Shown here: in pieces, positions 1 through 8,537 of the stretch | Layout of the letters: every line of letters begins with the position of its first letter | Numbering within the stretch: position 1 is the stretch's first letter | NCBI GenBank assembly: GCA_964488355.1 | Contig: CAZAUJ010000001.1 | Coordinates: 152,454-216,453, forward strand | Reading direction: 5' to 3' | DNA from: an uncultured Thermoanaerobaculia bacterium | GTDB lineage: Bacteria; Acidobacteriota; Thermoanaerobaculia; Thermoanaerobaculales; Thermoanaerobaculaceae | DNA length: 64,000 bases | Notes under the pieces: generated by a model | Seen by the model: only the letters and a program-made list of their open reading frames with translations | What the model was told of the DNA's origin: nothing | Database searches by the model: none | Translations under genes and position numbers: made by a program

Positions 1-773
1 CATGGCAGTCCGGCAGCGGCGTACTGGATGCAGCGGTACCCTCCTTTGCCCCGAGTCCAGAGGTCATCGGAAAGAGGCGCCAGGCCCAAGTGGCAGGTGG
101 CGAGCTGTTCCCCTTCCCGCGCGCTGTCCCAGGGCATCAACTCCATGGGTACCCCAGGAATGGATGGCAGGCGATCGGAGATGACGCGCAGGCAAAAGGC
201 GTGGTCTTGCGCCAGCTGGCGCAGCACAGGAGCCAGGTCCTCCAGGTAACGAAGGTTTTTTCCCAAGCCGATCCAAGCAAGCAAAAGTTTTCCTGTCCGC
301 TCCGGACGAGCCAGCGGAAACCGTCTTAGGTCCACCGGCGTGGGCCAAACCACCACTCGGCCACCAAAAGGCAGGATCATGTCCTTAAGCGCCTCCGAGC
401 CGGCCACCGTCAAGGCGCAGGAGCGCACCATGCGGGCAAACCGTCGTCGTCGCCAAAAGGCCTGGTCAGGGGGCTCGCCGTGGCGCCGCGGCTTGCCCAC
501 CATCACCGCGTCGTCCACATCCAGCACCCAAAGGGCGCACCAGCGGCGCACCAGCCAATCCTCCCCCAGCACCAGCTTCAGCTTGGAGAACACCAGAAAC
601 TTACAGGAACGAAAAGCCGAGGCCAACCGCCAAACCCGCAGCCACTCGGGTCTCCTGGGAAGCCGCACCGGCACCAGCTCTATGTCTGCCGCCTGGGCAA
701 AGGACTGCAAGGCGGCAAGGCGCAGGCGAAAGGAAGGGGCCTGGAAGTTGGCCGCAATCAGAGCGACGCGCAT
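1..773 (-). CDS. Glycosyltransferase, GT-B (GT1/GT4-like) fold; partial, C-terminal end lies outside the window
   Basis: Minus-strand frame opens at ATG 773-771 and runs off position 1, so it has no in-window stop and is absent from the ORF track. My translation reads MRVALIAANFQAPSFRLRLAALQ...GKLLLAWIGLGKNLRYLEDLAPVLRQL...GGYRCIQYAAAGLP. This is a typical GT-B layout. It overlaps the PBP 3' end by 16 nt. Confidence 0.6.
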   Translation of the reverse strand, partial: MRVALIAANFQAPSFRLRLAALQSFAQAADIELVPVRLPRRPEWLRVWRLASAFRSCKFLVFSKLKLVLGEDWLVRRWCALWVLDVDDAVMVGKPRRHGEPPDQAFWRRRRFARMVRSCALTVAGSEALKDMILPFGGRVVVWPTPVDLRRFPLARPERTGKLLLAWIGLGKNLRYLEDLAPVLRQLAQDHAFCLRVISDRLPSIPGVPMELMPWDSAREGEQLATCHLGLAPLSDDLWTRGKGGYRCIQYAAAGLP

Positions 774-2788
774 GAGGGCCACGACCCTTGCTTGTACACG
801 CCAGGCAGGCGAAGGTCAATCTCCTGCCAAATAACTCCGGCACCGCTGGCACCGTAAAGACCTGTTTCCCTATTCCGATCGGTACCTAACCACACCACGG
901 TCAAAAGCTTGGGGCGGAGGGCAACGAACCAGGAGTCGCGACGGTTGTCGGTGGTCCCGGTCTTGGCGGCCAAGGGCCTCCCACAGCGCGCGGCGAAGCC
1001 GGTGGCCGTCCCCCACTCTACCACCTCCTGCAGCGGCCGCAACACGGCTTGGGCCTTTCCCCAGGCGAACACCACCTGGCCCTGGCGCATGGGCCCCCAA
1101 GCCCGCGGCTCCACCAGAGCACCGCAGTTCAGGAATGGAGTGTAGGCCCGCGCCACCTGCCAAGGCGTGGCCTCCACCGCGCCCAAAAGCTCAGCCGGTG
1201 TGCCCGCCGGTGTTAGCTCCAGGCGCTTCAGCAGCTCCGTGACCTTTTCCAAGCCCAGCTCCAGGCCCAAGCGAACCATGGGCACGTTAATAGACAAAGC
1301 CAGAGCTTGCTCCAGGCTCACCACCCCTCGGAACCGTCCGTCGTGGTTTTGCGGCTGCCAAACTTGGCCCCCCACGGGAAGCGAAAGCGGTTCGTCCCGA
1401 ACCGTGTCCGAAAGCTGCCAGCCGTGCTCCAACGCGAGAGCTACCAGGTAAGGCTTAACCAGCGAGCCAATGGGTCTGCGGGCAGCCAAAGCGCGGTTCA
1501 GCTCCCCTGGTTTTCCATCCCGGCTGCCCAAAAGCCCCAAAACCCTTCCCTGGGCATCCAGCACCACCACCGCCACCTGCAAGGGGTCATCGCTGGCTCG
1601 CCAGGAGGGTCCAAGTTTTTTTTCCAGCTTCGCCAGGCCGGAGCGAACCCCTTCCCAAACCGCCAGCTGCACCACCGGGTCCAGGGTGCTGATCACCTCC
1701 CCGCGTTCCCTGGCGGGCAAGAGGTCAAGAAAATGGTGCGCTGCCGTCCAGCGCAGGGGCCAGGGCCTGGACGGCACGGGTTGCGTTTCAGCTTGCTTCA
1801 CCTGCGCTGCGCTTATGTGACCCTCCCGGGCCATCGCTTCCAGGGCTTGATCCCTCCGCTTCTGCGCCATGCGCGGCTGGGTGAAGGGGTTGAAGCGGTT
1901 GGGGGCGGCAATGATGCCAGCCAGCAGCGCTGCTTCTGCCAAGTCGAGGTACCGTGCGGGCTTGCCAAGGTAGTAACGGGAGGCAGCCTCCACCCCAACC
2001 AGGGAAACGCCGCCCTCCTGGCCAAAATAAACGTTGTTCAGGTAGGTCTCCAGGATCTCCCTTTTGCTGTAGCGGTACTCCACCAGGCTGGCCAAAAAGG
2101 CTTCCATAATTTTGCGGCTCAACCGTCTTTCCGGTTTGAAAAGCAGGAGCTTAACCAGCTGCTGGGTGATGGTGCTGCCTCCCTGCTTGACTCCACCGCT
2201 GGTCAAATTGACCACGCTTGCCCGCAGCAAACCACGAAACGACAAGCCTGGGTGGGAAAGAAAGCCGCGGTCTTCAAGGTCCACCACCGCGTTAACCACG
2301 TGGGGAGAAACCTGGTGGAGGGGAACGGGCCAGCGGATGCGGTCCTCCTGCGGAACAATGGCCAAAAGACGCGGCACCAAGACCAGCTCTCGCCGCTCCT
2401 GTCCTTCGTCGGTGGTGAGTCGCAGACCTTGGGTGTCTGCATCCACCCGCAGCGGTCGCTGCTCCCCCGCCACCAACCACGCTCCGATAAGAAAGCTGGA
2501 ACCCTGCTGACAAACCCCGTAAAGGGGCGGCTGCGCACAGGGCCGCGGCTCCAAGCCATGGGCGCGAAAAAAGCCCGCCAGCTCCTCCCCTCGCCAGAGC
2601 TCCCCCTCCCTCAGGATGCCCGGTGCGCAGAAGGCCCTCAGGCCAACGCTGGACCGTTCTTGGCGTTGCCAAGCGGCGACCAGCAAGCTGAAACCCCAGA
2701 GGTAAAGAAGGCCCAAGCTGGAAACGAGCAACAGGGCCAAGAGGGCAAGCCAACGAAGAACCCGCCGCAGCCGGTGCCTTTGCCTCAT
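758..2788 (-). CDS. Class A penicillin-binding protein (bifunctional transglycosylase/transpeptidase)
   Basis: 676-aa ORF with an N-terminal TM segment (LRWLALLALLLVSSLGLL). GT51 motifs EDRGFLSHPG and GGSTITQQLVK are present. Transpeptidase motifs are SLVKP (SxxK), SIN (SxN) and KTGTT (KTG). Confidence 0.93.
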   Translation of the reverse strand: MRQRHRLRRVLRWLALLALLLVSSLGLLYLWGFSLLVAAWQRQERSSVGLRAFCAPGILREGELWRGEELAGFFRAHGLEPRPCAQPPLYGVCQQGSSFLIGAWLVAGEQRPLRVDADTQGLRLTTDEGQERRELVLVPRLLAIVPQEDRIRWPVPLHQVSPHVVNAVVDLEDRGFLSHPGLSFRGLLRASVVNLTSGGVKQGGSTITQQLVKLLLFKPERRLSRKIMEAFLASLVEYRYSKREILETYLNNVYFGQEGGVSLVGVEAASRYYLGKPARYLDLAEAALLAGIIAAPNRFNPFTQPRMAQKRRDQALEAMAREGHISAAQVKQAETQPVPSRPWPLRWTAAHHFLDLLPARERGEVISTLDPVVQLAVWEGVRSGLAKLEKKLGPSWRASDDPLQVAVVVLDAQGRVLGLLGSRDGKPGELNRALAARRPIGSLVKPYLVALALEHGWQLSDTVRDEPLSLPVGGQVWQPQNHDGRFRGVVSLEQALALSINVPMVRLGLELGLEKVTELLKRLELTPAGTPAELLGAVEATPWQVARAYTPFLNCGALVEPRAWGPMRQGQVVFAWGKAQAVLRPLQEVVEWGTATGFAARCGRPLAAKTGTTDNRRDSWFVALRPKLLTVVWLGTDRNRETGLYGASGAGVIWQEIDLRLPGVYKQGSWPSCASL

Positions 2789-2854
2789 GCGAGCCTATTG
2801 TACGCGGCGAACCTGAGCTTCCCGCTGTGCGTTTGGAGGCTGTGGGGTGGTGCG

Positions 2855-3097
2855 ATGCTAGAAGCACTTGGAATTTTGCTGCTGGTTGTGCCCCTCTGGC
2901 TAATCTTGGCCATGGTGGCCCTGATCCTGCGCGTGCTGCTTTTTCCGCTGAAGATCTTCTTCCTCTTGCTGCAAATCCTTCTGCCCGCCGTCGGGCTGGT
3001 GTTGCTTTTGGCGCTCGGTGTGCCGTTCTTACTGCTTGCCTTGCCCTTGCTGCTGGTTGGCCTGGTCTTCGCCGGCTTGATCAACCTGCTGGGTTAA
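2855..3097 (+). CDS. Small Leu-rich hydrophobic membrane protein (hypothetical, 80 aa)
   Basis: ATG at 2855 lies inside the spurious 1307..3097 ORF. Translation is MLEALGILLLVVPLWLILAMVALILRVLLFPLKIFF...GLINLLG, with 2-3 predicted TM helices. Third-position GC bias looks coding. It overlaps the convergent gene 3029..4318 by 69 nt. Confidence 0.4.
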   Translation: MLEALGILLLVVPLWLILAMVALILRVLLFPLKIFFLLLQILLPAVGLVLLLALGVPFLLLALPLLLVGLVFAGLINLLG

Positions 3098-4318
3098 GGG
3101 CTCTTCCAGCACAGGGGTGGCAAACAGCAGCGCCAAAAGCCCGGGCTTGGTCAGCGCATAAACCCGTACCTGCGTCGGCTCCCTCTGTGGTTCGCAGCTC
3201 CACAGCAACTGAGCTGGCCCCCCTTCGGTGGTAGGCAGCAGCTCCCGCTGGCGAAGCACCGGGCCCTTGGCGTCCGTGCCCCACAGCTCCACCAGGTAGG
3301 CGTCCACGCTGGCCTGCTCTTCCACGCTCCAGGCCAGCTGCCAAACCCCATCCTCATGTGCCACCTCTACGCTTCCGAGCCGAACAGGCCAGTCACGCAG
3401 GTTACGCCAGGCCAAGCTGGCCACACCCTCCCCAGGCAGGCTCAGCAAGCCCAGCAGCACCTGCCGCACCCCCCACCTGGGCACCGCGAGCTCTTGACCC
3501 GCTTCCAAGGTCGCCACGTCGAAGCGACCGTCTTGGTAAAGCACCACAACCCGCGCTGAGGCTTGACGCAGCCGGCTGGCATAAATGGCGACAGCGTCGC
3601 TGTCAGACACCAACTCCAACCAGCGCAGCTGCGGCCGGACAAAGCGAAACAGGGCGTCGTCGTTGAGGGTTTCCCCTTTGCTCCAGGTTGCCGGTGGCAC
3701 GGTGAAGCCGAGCTTGTTTGGGGCCAGCAGGCCGGCCAAAACCACCTCCCACAAGCTGGCTTCCAAGGCCTCAGGTGGCCAGAGCTTTGCTGCCAGTGCC
3801 CAAGGGTCGGATTCTTCCGCCAGCTCCCGCAGGCCGTCGTCGCCGCGAGTTCGCCACACCAGCTCCATGAGCGCGGTGCCTTCCACCTCACCGGCCACAA
3901 GACGGCGTTGCCACCCAGCCTCCCATTGCCGGCGCAGTGCCGATCCTGGCGGCGCCAGGTGAGCTGCAACCAAGCTAGCTGCCGCCTCGCTGGCGGCTGT
4001 CCGTCCCAAGGCCTTGCGCACCACCCCCTGCACCAAAACGAACACCTGGTCCTCCGCTCCCAGGGAGGTGGGCAAGAGCACGTCCGCGTTGGGGAGGGTG
4101 GCGTCCCAAGGGTTGGCTGTCAGCCGCACCCGCAGGTGGTTGACGGGCCAACCCCTCTGGCGAAGGGTGGCCAAAGTTTGCTCGGCGGTGGCGACGGCAG
4201 CCGCACCCCCTGGCACCGGCTCCACCTCCAGCACAGCACCCGATGGGCTGGTTCGTGGGGTGGCCATGGCTACCTGGGCGGCAGTAAGCAGGGCTACGCT
4301 ACAGAGCAATTGCTTCAT
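3029..4318 (-). CDS. Hypothetical secreted protein
   Basis: 429-aa ORF with a signal-peptide-like N-terminus, MKQLLCSVALLTAAQVAMA. I recognise no family motif. It is the last gene of the co-directional array 8440->3029. Confidence 0.75.
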   Translation of the reverse strand: MKQLLCSVALLTAAQVAMATPRTSPSGAVLEVEPVPGGAAAVATAEQTLATLRQRGWPVNHLRVRLTANPWDATLPNADVLLPTSLGAEDQVFVLVQGVVRKALGRTAASEAAASLVAAHLAPPGSALRRQWEAGWQRRLVAGEVEGTALMELVWRTRGDDGLRELAEESDPWALAAKLWPPEALEASLWEVVLAGLLAPNKLGFTVPPATWSKGETLNDDALFRFVRPQLRWLELVSDSDAVAIYASRLRQASARVVVLYQDGRFDVATLEAGQELAVPRWGVRQVLLGLLSLPGEGVASLAWRNLRDWPVRLGSVEVAHEDGVWQLAWSVEEQASVDAYLVELWGTDAKGPVLRQRELLPTTEGGPAQLLWSCEPQREPTQVRVYALTKPGLLALLFATPVLEEPLTQQVDQAGEDQANQQQGQGKQ

Positions 4319-4363
4319 GATGTTATGCTAGGGCCTCTGGCCGCCACCGTCAAGCTGCCCCTA

Positions 4364-5191
4364 TCAATCCCCAGCGGTTGTTAACGCCTCGGTCTCGTAC
4401 TGTGCCCGCTCCCCCAGCCGGTCATCGAGGCTCACGCGCACCAGCACAACGGTGACGTTATCTATGCCACCATGGCCGTTGGCGGCAGCGACCAAGCGAT
4501 GGGCCGCCAACCCCAAACCGGGAGAGCTGACCACAATCTCTTCGATCTCTGTGTCCTCCACCATGGTGTTGAGCCCGTCAGAGCACAGCAGCACCAGGTC
4601 ACCATCGGCCAACTCCAGCTCCAGGAAATCCACCGAGGGCTCCTGTGCTCCGCCGATGGCCCGGGTGACCACGTTCTTGAGGGGATGGTGGCGCGCGGCT
4701 TCCTCTGTAAGCAAGCCGGCCACAACCTGTTCGTGCACCCAAGAGTGGTCCGACGTGAGCAGCTGCAATCGCCCATCCCTCAGAAGGTATGCCCGGCTGT
4801 CGCCCACATGGGCCACGGTGAGCACAGCCCGCTTTTCGTCAATCAGGGCCGCCACCACCGTTGCTCCCATGCCCTTCAGCTCGACCGACTGCTCCACCGC
4901 CGCCATAACCCGGTGATGGGCGGCTGCGATAGCCTGGGCCAAGCGGTTGGCATTAAGGGACAGCCTCACCTGCCAGTGTTCTGGCCAGGTTTTGTCTTCG
5001 TGTTCGCGGGTGGCTTCCACCAGGCTTTCAATTTCCTTCACCGCAAGGTCTGAGGCCACCTCGCCGGCGGCATGGCCACCCATACCGTCAGCCACCACGA
5101 ACAAGCCCAAATCTTCCCGGATGAGGAACGCGTCCTCGTTTTGTTGCCTTTTTAGCCCGCGGTCGGTAATGCCAAAAGATTCAACGCGCAA
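4364..5191 (-). CDS. PP2C-family Ser/Thr protein phosphatase
   Basis: Motifs RQQNEDAF, ADGMGGHAAGEVAS, SDGL and GGIDNVTVVLV are the canonical PPM/PP2C metal-binding set. TTG start. Confidence 0.9.
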   Translation of the reverse strand: MRVESFGITDRGLKRQQNEDAFLIREDLGLFVVADGMGGHAAGEVASDLAVKEIESLVEATREHEDKTWPEHWQVRLSLNANRLAQAIAAAHHRVMAAVEQSVELKGMGATVVAALIDEKRAVLTVAHVGDSRAYLLRDGRLQLLTSDHSWVHEQVVAGLLTEEAARHHPLKNVVTRAIGGAQEPSVDFLELELADGDLVLLCSDGLNTMVEDTEIEEIVVSSPGLGLAAHRLVAAANGHGGIDNVTVVLVRVSLDDRLGERAQYETEALTTAGD

Positions 5192-5205
5192 GAGCCTTCA
5201 CCCCC

Positions 5206-5826
5206 CTAGCGCTTCCCGGCCAGCTTTTGCACTTCGGCCAAAAGCAATTGTATATCTGGGTCGTCAGGATTCAGTTGCGCCGCTTGTTCGGCAAACCGCT
5301 TGGCCCGGAGAACCATGCCCGCCTGCAGGAAGAGCTTGGCGGAGTCGGCAAAATACGTGGGATTGAGCGGGTCCAAAGCGGTGGCGCGCTCCAACCTTCG
5401 CAGACCTTGCTCGAGCTGCCCGATCTGCGCCAAGAACAGGCCAAATTGGTGCTGAATTTTTGCGTTGCTCGGGTCGTGTCCTTCCGCTTGCACGAAGTAC
5501 TCGTGGGCCTCACCCATCTGGCCCTGCTTGGCGAGGCCCACAGCTTTGGCCAACAAAGCCTTGGCCAGCTCCTTTGGATCGAGGCTGGCCGACGGGGTGC
5601 GCATGACCAAGCTCTGATCATAACGGGAACGCGTCTCGGGGTTGGCGAGTACGTTGTACGCTTGCGTGATTTGTTGGAAGCGCCGCTCAGCTTGCGCCTT
5701 CTCCTCTGGAGGAAAGCGGTCAGGGTGCAGTTCCCTCGCCAGCCGGCGAAAGGCGCTGCGAATTTCCTCCGCGCTGGCCTCAGAGCTCACACCCAGGATC
5801 TGATAGAAATTAGGTTCTCGTGCCAT
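5206..5826 (-). CDS. J-domain (DnaJ-like) protein with C-terminal TPR repeats
   Basis: The N-terminus NFYQILGVSSEASAEEIRSAFRRLARELHPDR carries the HPD tripeptide. The C-terminal half has TPR-like A/L/Y periodicity (EAHEYFVQAEGHDPSNAKIQHQFGLFLAQIGQLEQG...). Confidence 0.88.
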   Translation of the reverse strand: MAREPNFYQILGVSSEASAEEIRSAFRRLARELHPDRFPPEEKAQAERRFQQITQAYNVLANPETRSRYDQSLVMRTPSASLDPKELAKALLAKAVGLAKQGQMGEAHEYFVQAEGHDPSNAKIQHQFGLFLAQIGQLEQGLRRLERATALDPLNPTYFADSAKLFLQAGMVLRAKRFAEQAAQLNPDDPDIQLLLAEVQKLAGKR

Positions 5827-5851
5827 CGCCTCCCCTCAAAGCGAGCCCATA

Positions 5852-6928
5852 TTACCCCATCACCGCCACCCGCTCCCGCGCTACCCGCCGCACGGGCTCG
5901 GGTACGTTGCGATCGCGCGTCAGCTGGCGCAAGTCACGCTCCGACAGGCGGGAAAGCAGCTGGATAGCAATTGCGGGCGGTGTCCTGGGGTTGAAGACCA
6001 AGTTGCGTACCACCCCGTAGCGCCGCAAAAAGCGCTGGCGGCTGGCAATGATGCGCAGGGCTTCCTCGTTGACCGAGCGCATACCAGCAATTTGCTCCAC
6101 CTCTCCTTCCGAAAGCTTGGGGCTGGCCATCACTGCCCTCACTACCAAGGAGGAGCGGTCTCGCACCAGGATCAGCCGTTCCTCCCTGGTGCCTTTCAAG
6201 GCCTGCATGATGCGCTGGTAGGTGTTCATAAGGGCCAGCCGCACGAAGGCGTCCTGAATTTCCCTTGCCGCTCCCGGTTCGGGCTCGGGCGGTTTCACCG
6301 GCTCCACCTCGGGTCCAGGGGGATTGATACCCACTTCCTTCAGCTGCTCCAAGGCCTCACCGATGGAAGGACCCGGTTCCGGTTGGGGAACCGCCGCTTC
6401 ATCGGTGGCCGAGGCCCACACGGTGGCTTTCTGCAAGAACTCTTCTTCGAACTCCCGCAGACGCCGAAGCACGTCGGGCGTCACTTGGGGGTTGGCGCGC
6501 AGGTCCTCAACGATTTCCAGACAACCCAAGAGCCTTACCTGGTTGGTCACCAGGGCGTCCTGAGTCATGGGCGGCGCCACGCGTGCCAACCAGCGCAGCG
6601 TTTCGTCCGCGACCCTGGAGTCGCGAATAATTTGTTGCCATAAGCCCTCATCGCGAAACCATTTGGCCAACAAGTCAATTTCCACCGAGTCCAAATCGGG
6701 TAAGGCCAAGGCGTCGCGCGCATGTTCGGGGGTGAAACCAGAAAGCGTTTCCTGTGCTGCCTGGGCAATTTCGGGGTCACTGTCGCTGGCAAGAAAAACC
6801 AAAATGCGCAACAGCTCTTCCCGCGGCACCGGCAAGAAGCCCTGGGCGGCAAACACGCGCACCGCTCGGCTCACCATGCCCTGGCGAATTCCCTGAAGGA
6901 GCTCCTGTGGGGTGGCCAGGCTGCTCAT
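5852..6928 (-). CDS. Hypothetical alpha-helical repeat protein (HEAT/LRV-like), paralog of 7727..8440
   Basis: 358-aa ORF. Its ATGA overlaps the upstream gene's stop at 6925-6928. A central P/E-rich linker (PQPEPGPS...PPEPEPG) is present. The C-terminal block VRNLVFNPRTPPAIAIQLLSRLSERDLRQLTRDRNVPEPVRRVA resembles leucine-rich-repeat-variant/HEAT repeats. Confidence 0.8.
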   Translation of the reverse strand: MSSLATPQELLQGIRQGMVSRAVRVFAAQGFLPVPREELLRILVFLASDSDPEIAQAAQETLSGFTPEHARDALALPDLDSVEIDLLAKWFRDEGLWQQIIRDSRVADETLRWLARVAPPMTQDALVTNQVRLLGCLEIVEDLRANPQVTPDVLRRLREFEEEFLQKATVWASATDEAAVPQPEPGPSIGEALEQLKEVGINPPGPEVEPVKPPEPEPGAAREIQDAFVRLALMNTYQRIMQALKGTREERLILVRDRSSLVVRAVMASPKLSEGEVEQIAGMRSVNEEALRIIASRQRFLRRYGVVRNLVFNPRTPPAIAIQLLSRLSERDLRQLTRDRNVPEPVRRVARERVAVMG

Positions 6929-7707
6929 GGCCGCTCCTTGGAGCTCCTCGCGGGCCTGCGAAAGTGCAGCCGCACGACCTGCCCGTCCCCGCCGGCGGGG
7001 GTAAAAGTTTTTTCGCCGAAGCGCACGTTTACCGCCCCGGCGTCACCTAGAAGCAGCTCGCCTTCCTCACCACGCAACTCGAGCTGCCAGCTGGCGCCCG
7101 CCGGTAGCAAGCGGCGCACCGGCGCCTGAGCCTCTTCCCGCCACTCCACCCAGCAAGGCCGTCCGCGGCTTTCCACCACCAGTGCTGGGGTGCTGGGCTG
7201 CTCCACAGAACGCTCCGCGGCAGCTTCAGCGGTGGGTACCGGCGTTGGCGCCAACGTGGCTAACAGCGCCCGGGGGGTGGGATGAGCCAGCGAGCTATTC
7301 GCCTTTTCCCGCCGTTGTGTCCATAAAAGCACCGCCAGAGCCATGGCCGCCAGCAGCGCACCCCAAAGCCAGCGCCGCCACGCTTTGGGTTTGACCGCCC
7401 CCACCAACACCAGCGGATGGGGTTGGCTGGCTTGCTCCCACTTCTTCCACAGAACGTCAAAGGTGGTCAGGTAGGGAGTCGGGTCCTCCTGCACCAGGCC
7501 CAGGTACTGGCGCAGAAACATGCGGGTGAACACGGGTGGTGGAAGCTGAGCGAAGGCGCCCGTCTCGAGGGCGTGCAGCGTGTGGGGGGAGATCTTGGTC
7601 TTTTGCACAATCGCCTCCAAGCTCACACCCCGAGCGTCACGCAGTTCCCTCAGGACCCTCCCCAGCTCCTCCGGCGTTGCCGCCACCAGGCTTGCCATAG
7701 CAGGCAA
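6925..7707 (-). CDS. rodZ: RodZ-like cytoskeleton protein (XRE-type HTH, TM segment, DUF4115-like C-terminal domain)
   Basis: N-terminal HTH LRELRDARGVSLEAIVQKTKISPHTLHALETGAF. Single TM segment WLWGALLAAMALAVLLW. C-terminal beta-rich segment CWVEWREEAQ...LLLGDAGAVNVRFGEKTF is typical of RodZ. Confidence 0.75.
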   Translation of the reverse strand: MPAMASLVAATPEELGRVLRELRDARGVSLEAIVQKTKISPHTLHALETGAFAQLPPPVFTRMFLRQYLGLVQEDPTPYLTTFDVLWKKWEQASQPHPLVLVGAVKPKAWRRWLWGALLAAMALAVLLWTQRREKANSSLAHPTPRALLATLAPTPVPTAEAAAERSVEQPSTPALVVESRGRPCWVEWREEAQAPVRRLLPAGASWQLELRGEEGELLLGDAGAVNVRFGEKTFTPAGGDGQVVRLHFRRPARSSKERP

Positions 7708-7726
7708 AGTTTACGGTGATTTGTGC

Positions 7727-8440
7727 CTAGTGCAAGTAGCCCGGCTCCTGGGCTGAGCGTAACCGCCGTACCCACAGCACCTGATGGGCCAAGTTGCGCA
7801 CCTGCGACAGCACGTCCGGGTTGTGGGCCAGCTGCTCCAGCTCGCCATCGCCAAGGCTCACCAGCAGCGAAAGGGCTAAAGGCACGGGCAACGCCGGGTT
7901 GGCCAGGGCCGCCTGCCGCACGGGAACCATGTCCCCCCACTGGCGGTGGCGAAGCACCAGGCCGAAAACCGCGGGCGAGTTTGTTTCGGCTACCAAGCGA
8001 ATACAGTGCCCCAAGGCGAACTTGGGGTTTTCCAGCAGCGCGGAAACCACCCTCGGCTCTTCCTCTCGGAGGAGTTGGGCGATGACCAAGGGGGTGCCGC
8101 TTCGAGCCAACGTGACTTTTTCTCCCAGGCTCAAAAAGGGGAGCCGCTCCAAAAGCTTGTTTTCCGCCTGACGACGCACGGGAGCCGGTGCCCTCGGGTC
8201 CGTGGCCACCTCCAAGAGGTCATGCCAGCCCAACTGGGGAAGCGCGCGCCATACGAAATTGCGGGGACAGAAAGGGTGCCGCACAAGAGCTGCCAGAAGG
8301 CGGTGGCGACTGGTGACCCAGGGACAAGCGGCCACAGCTTCCACAAAGGCAGCACTGCACGAAGGCGAGCGCAGGGCGCGAACGATTTGCAGCTCATCAT
8401 TCACTTCGCCCCGGCTCAGCGCTGCCAGCAGCTCGCGCAT
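7727..8440 (-). CDS. Hypothetical alpha-helical repeat protein (HEAT/LRV-like), paralog of 5852..6928
   Basis: The ORF track gives 7727..8512. I prefer the internal ATG at 8440 (MRELLAALSRGEV), which is preceded by GAGGGGAA. Repeat block: VRQAALANPALPVPLALSLLVSLGDGELEQLAHNPDVLSQVRNLA. Confidence 0.75.
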   Translation of the reverse strand: MRELLAALSRGEVNDELQIVRALRSPSCSAAFVEAVAACPWVTSRHRLLAALVRHPFCPRNFVWRALPQLGWHDLLEVATDPRAPAPVRRQAENKLLERLPFLSLGEKVTLARSGTPLVIAQLLREEEPRVVSALLENPKFALGHCIRLVAETNSPAVFGLVLRHRQWGDMVPVRQAALANPALPVPLALSLLVSLGDGELEQLAHNPDVLSQVRNLAHQVLWVRRLRSAQEPGYLH

Positions 8441-8537
8441 GGTTTCCCCTCGCTTCCATGTTAGTGCCAGGGAAGCTGGTTGGCTAGGGGAAGCAGACGG
8501 GGAAGCTTCCACCTGCTAAACTGAAAGAGAGGCAGGC

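Noticed and set aside
1307-3097. Very long ORFs antisense to or out of frame with recognisable genes. Examples: 1307..3097 (+), 10091..11080 (-), 12798..14471 (-), 16690..17622 (-), 34968..35975 (+), 43150..44730 (-), 60788..61897 (+).
   Set aside because: Each lies opposite a gene with clear family motifs (PBP, HD-GYP, aminotransferase/FabG, hemA, SLC13, copA, rtcB). Their translations are Arg/Pro/Gly/Ala-rich low-complexity strings, which is typical of stop-poor alternative frames in GC-rich DNA.
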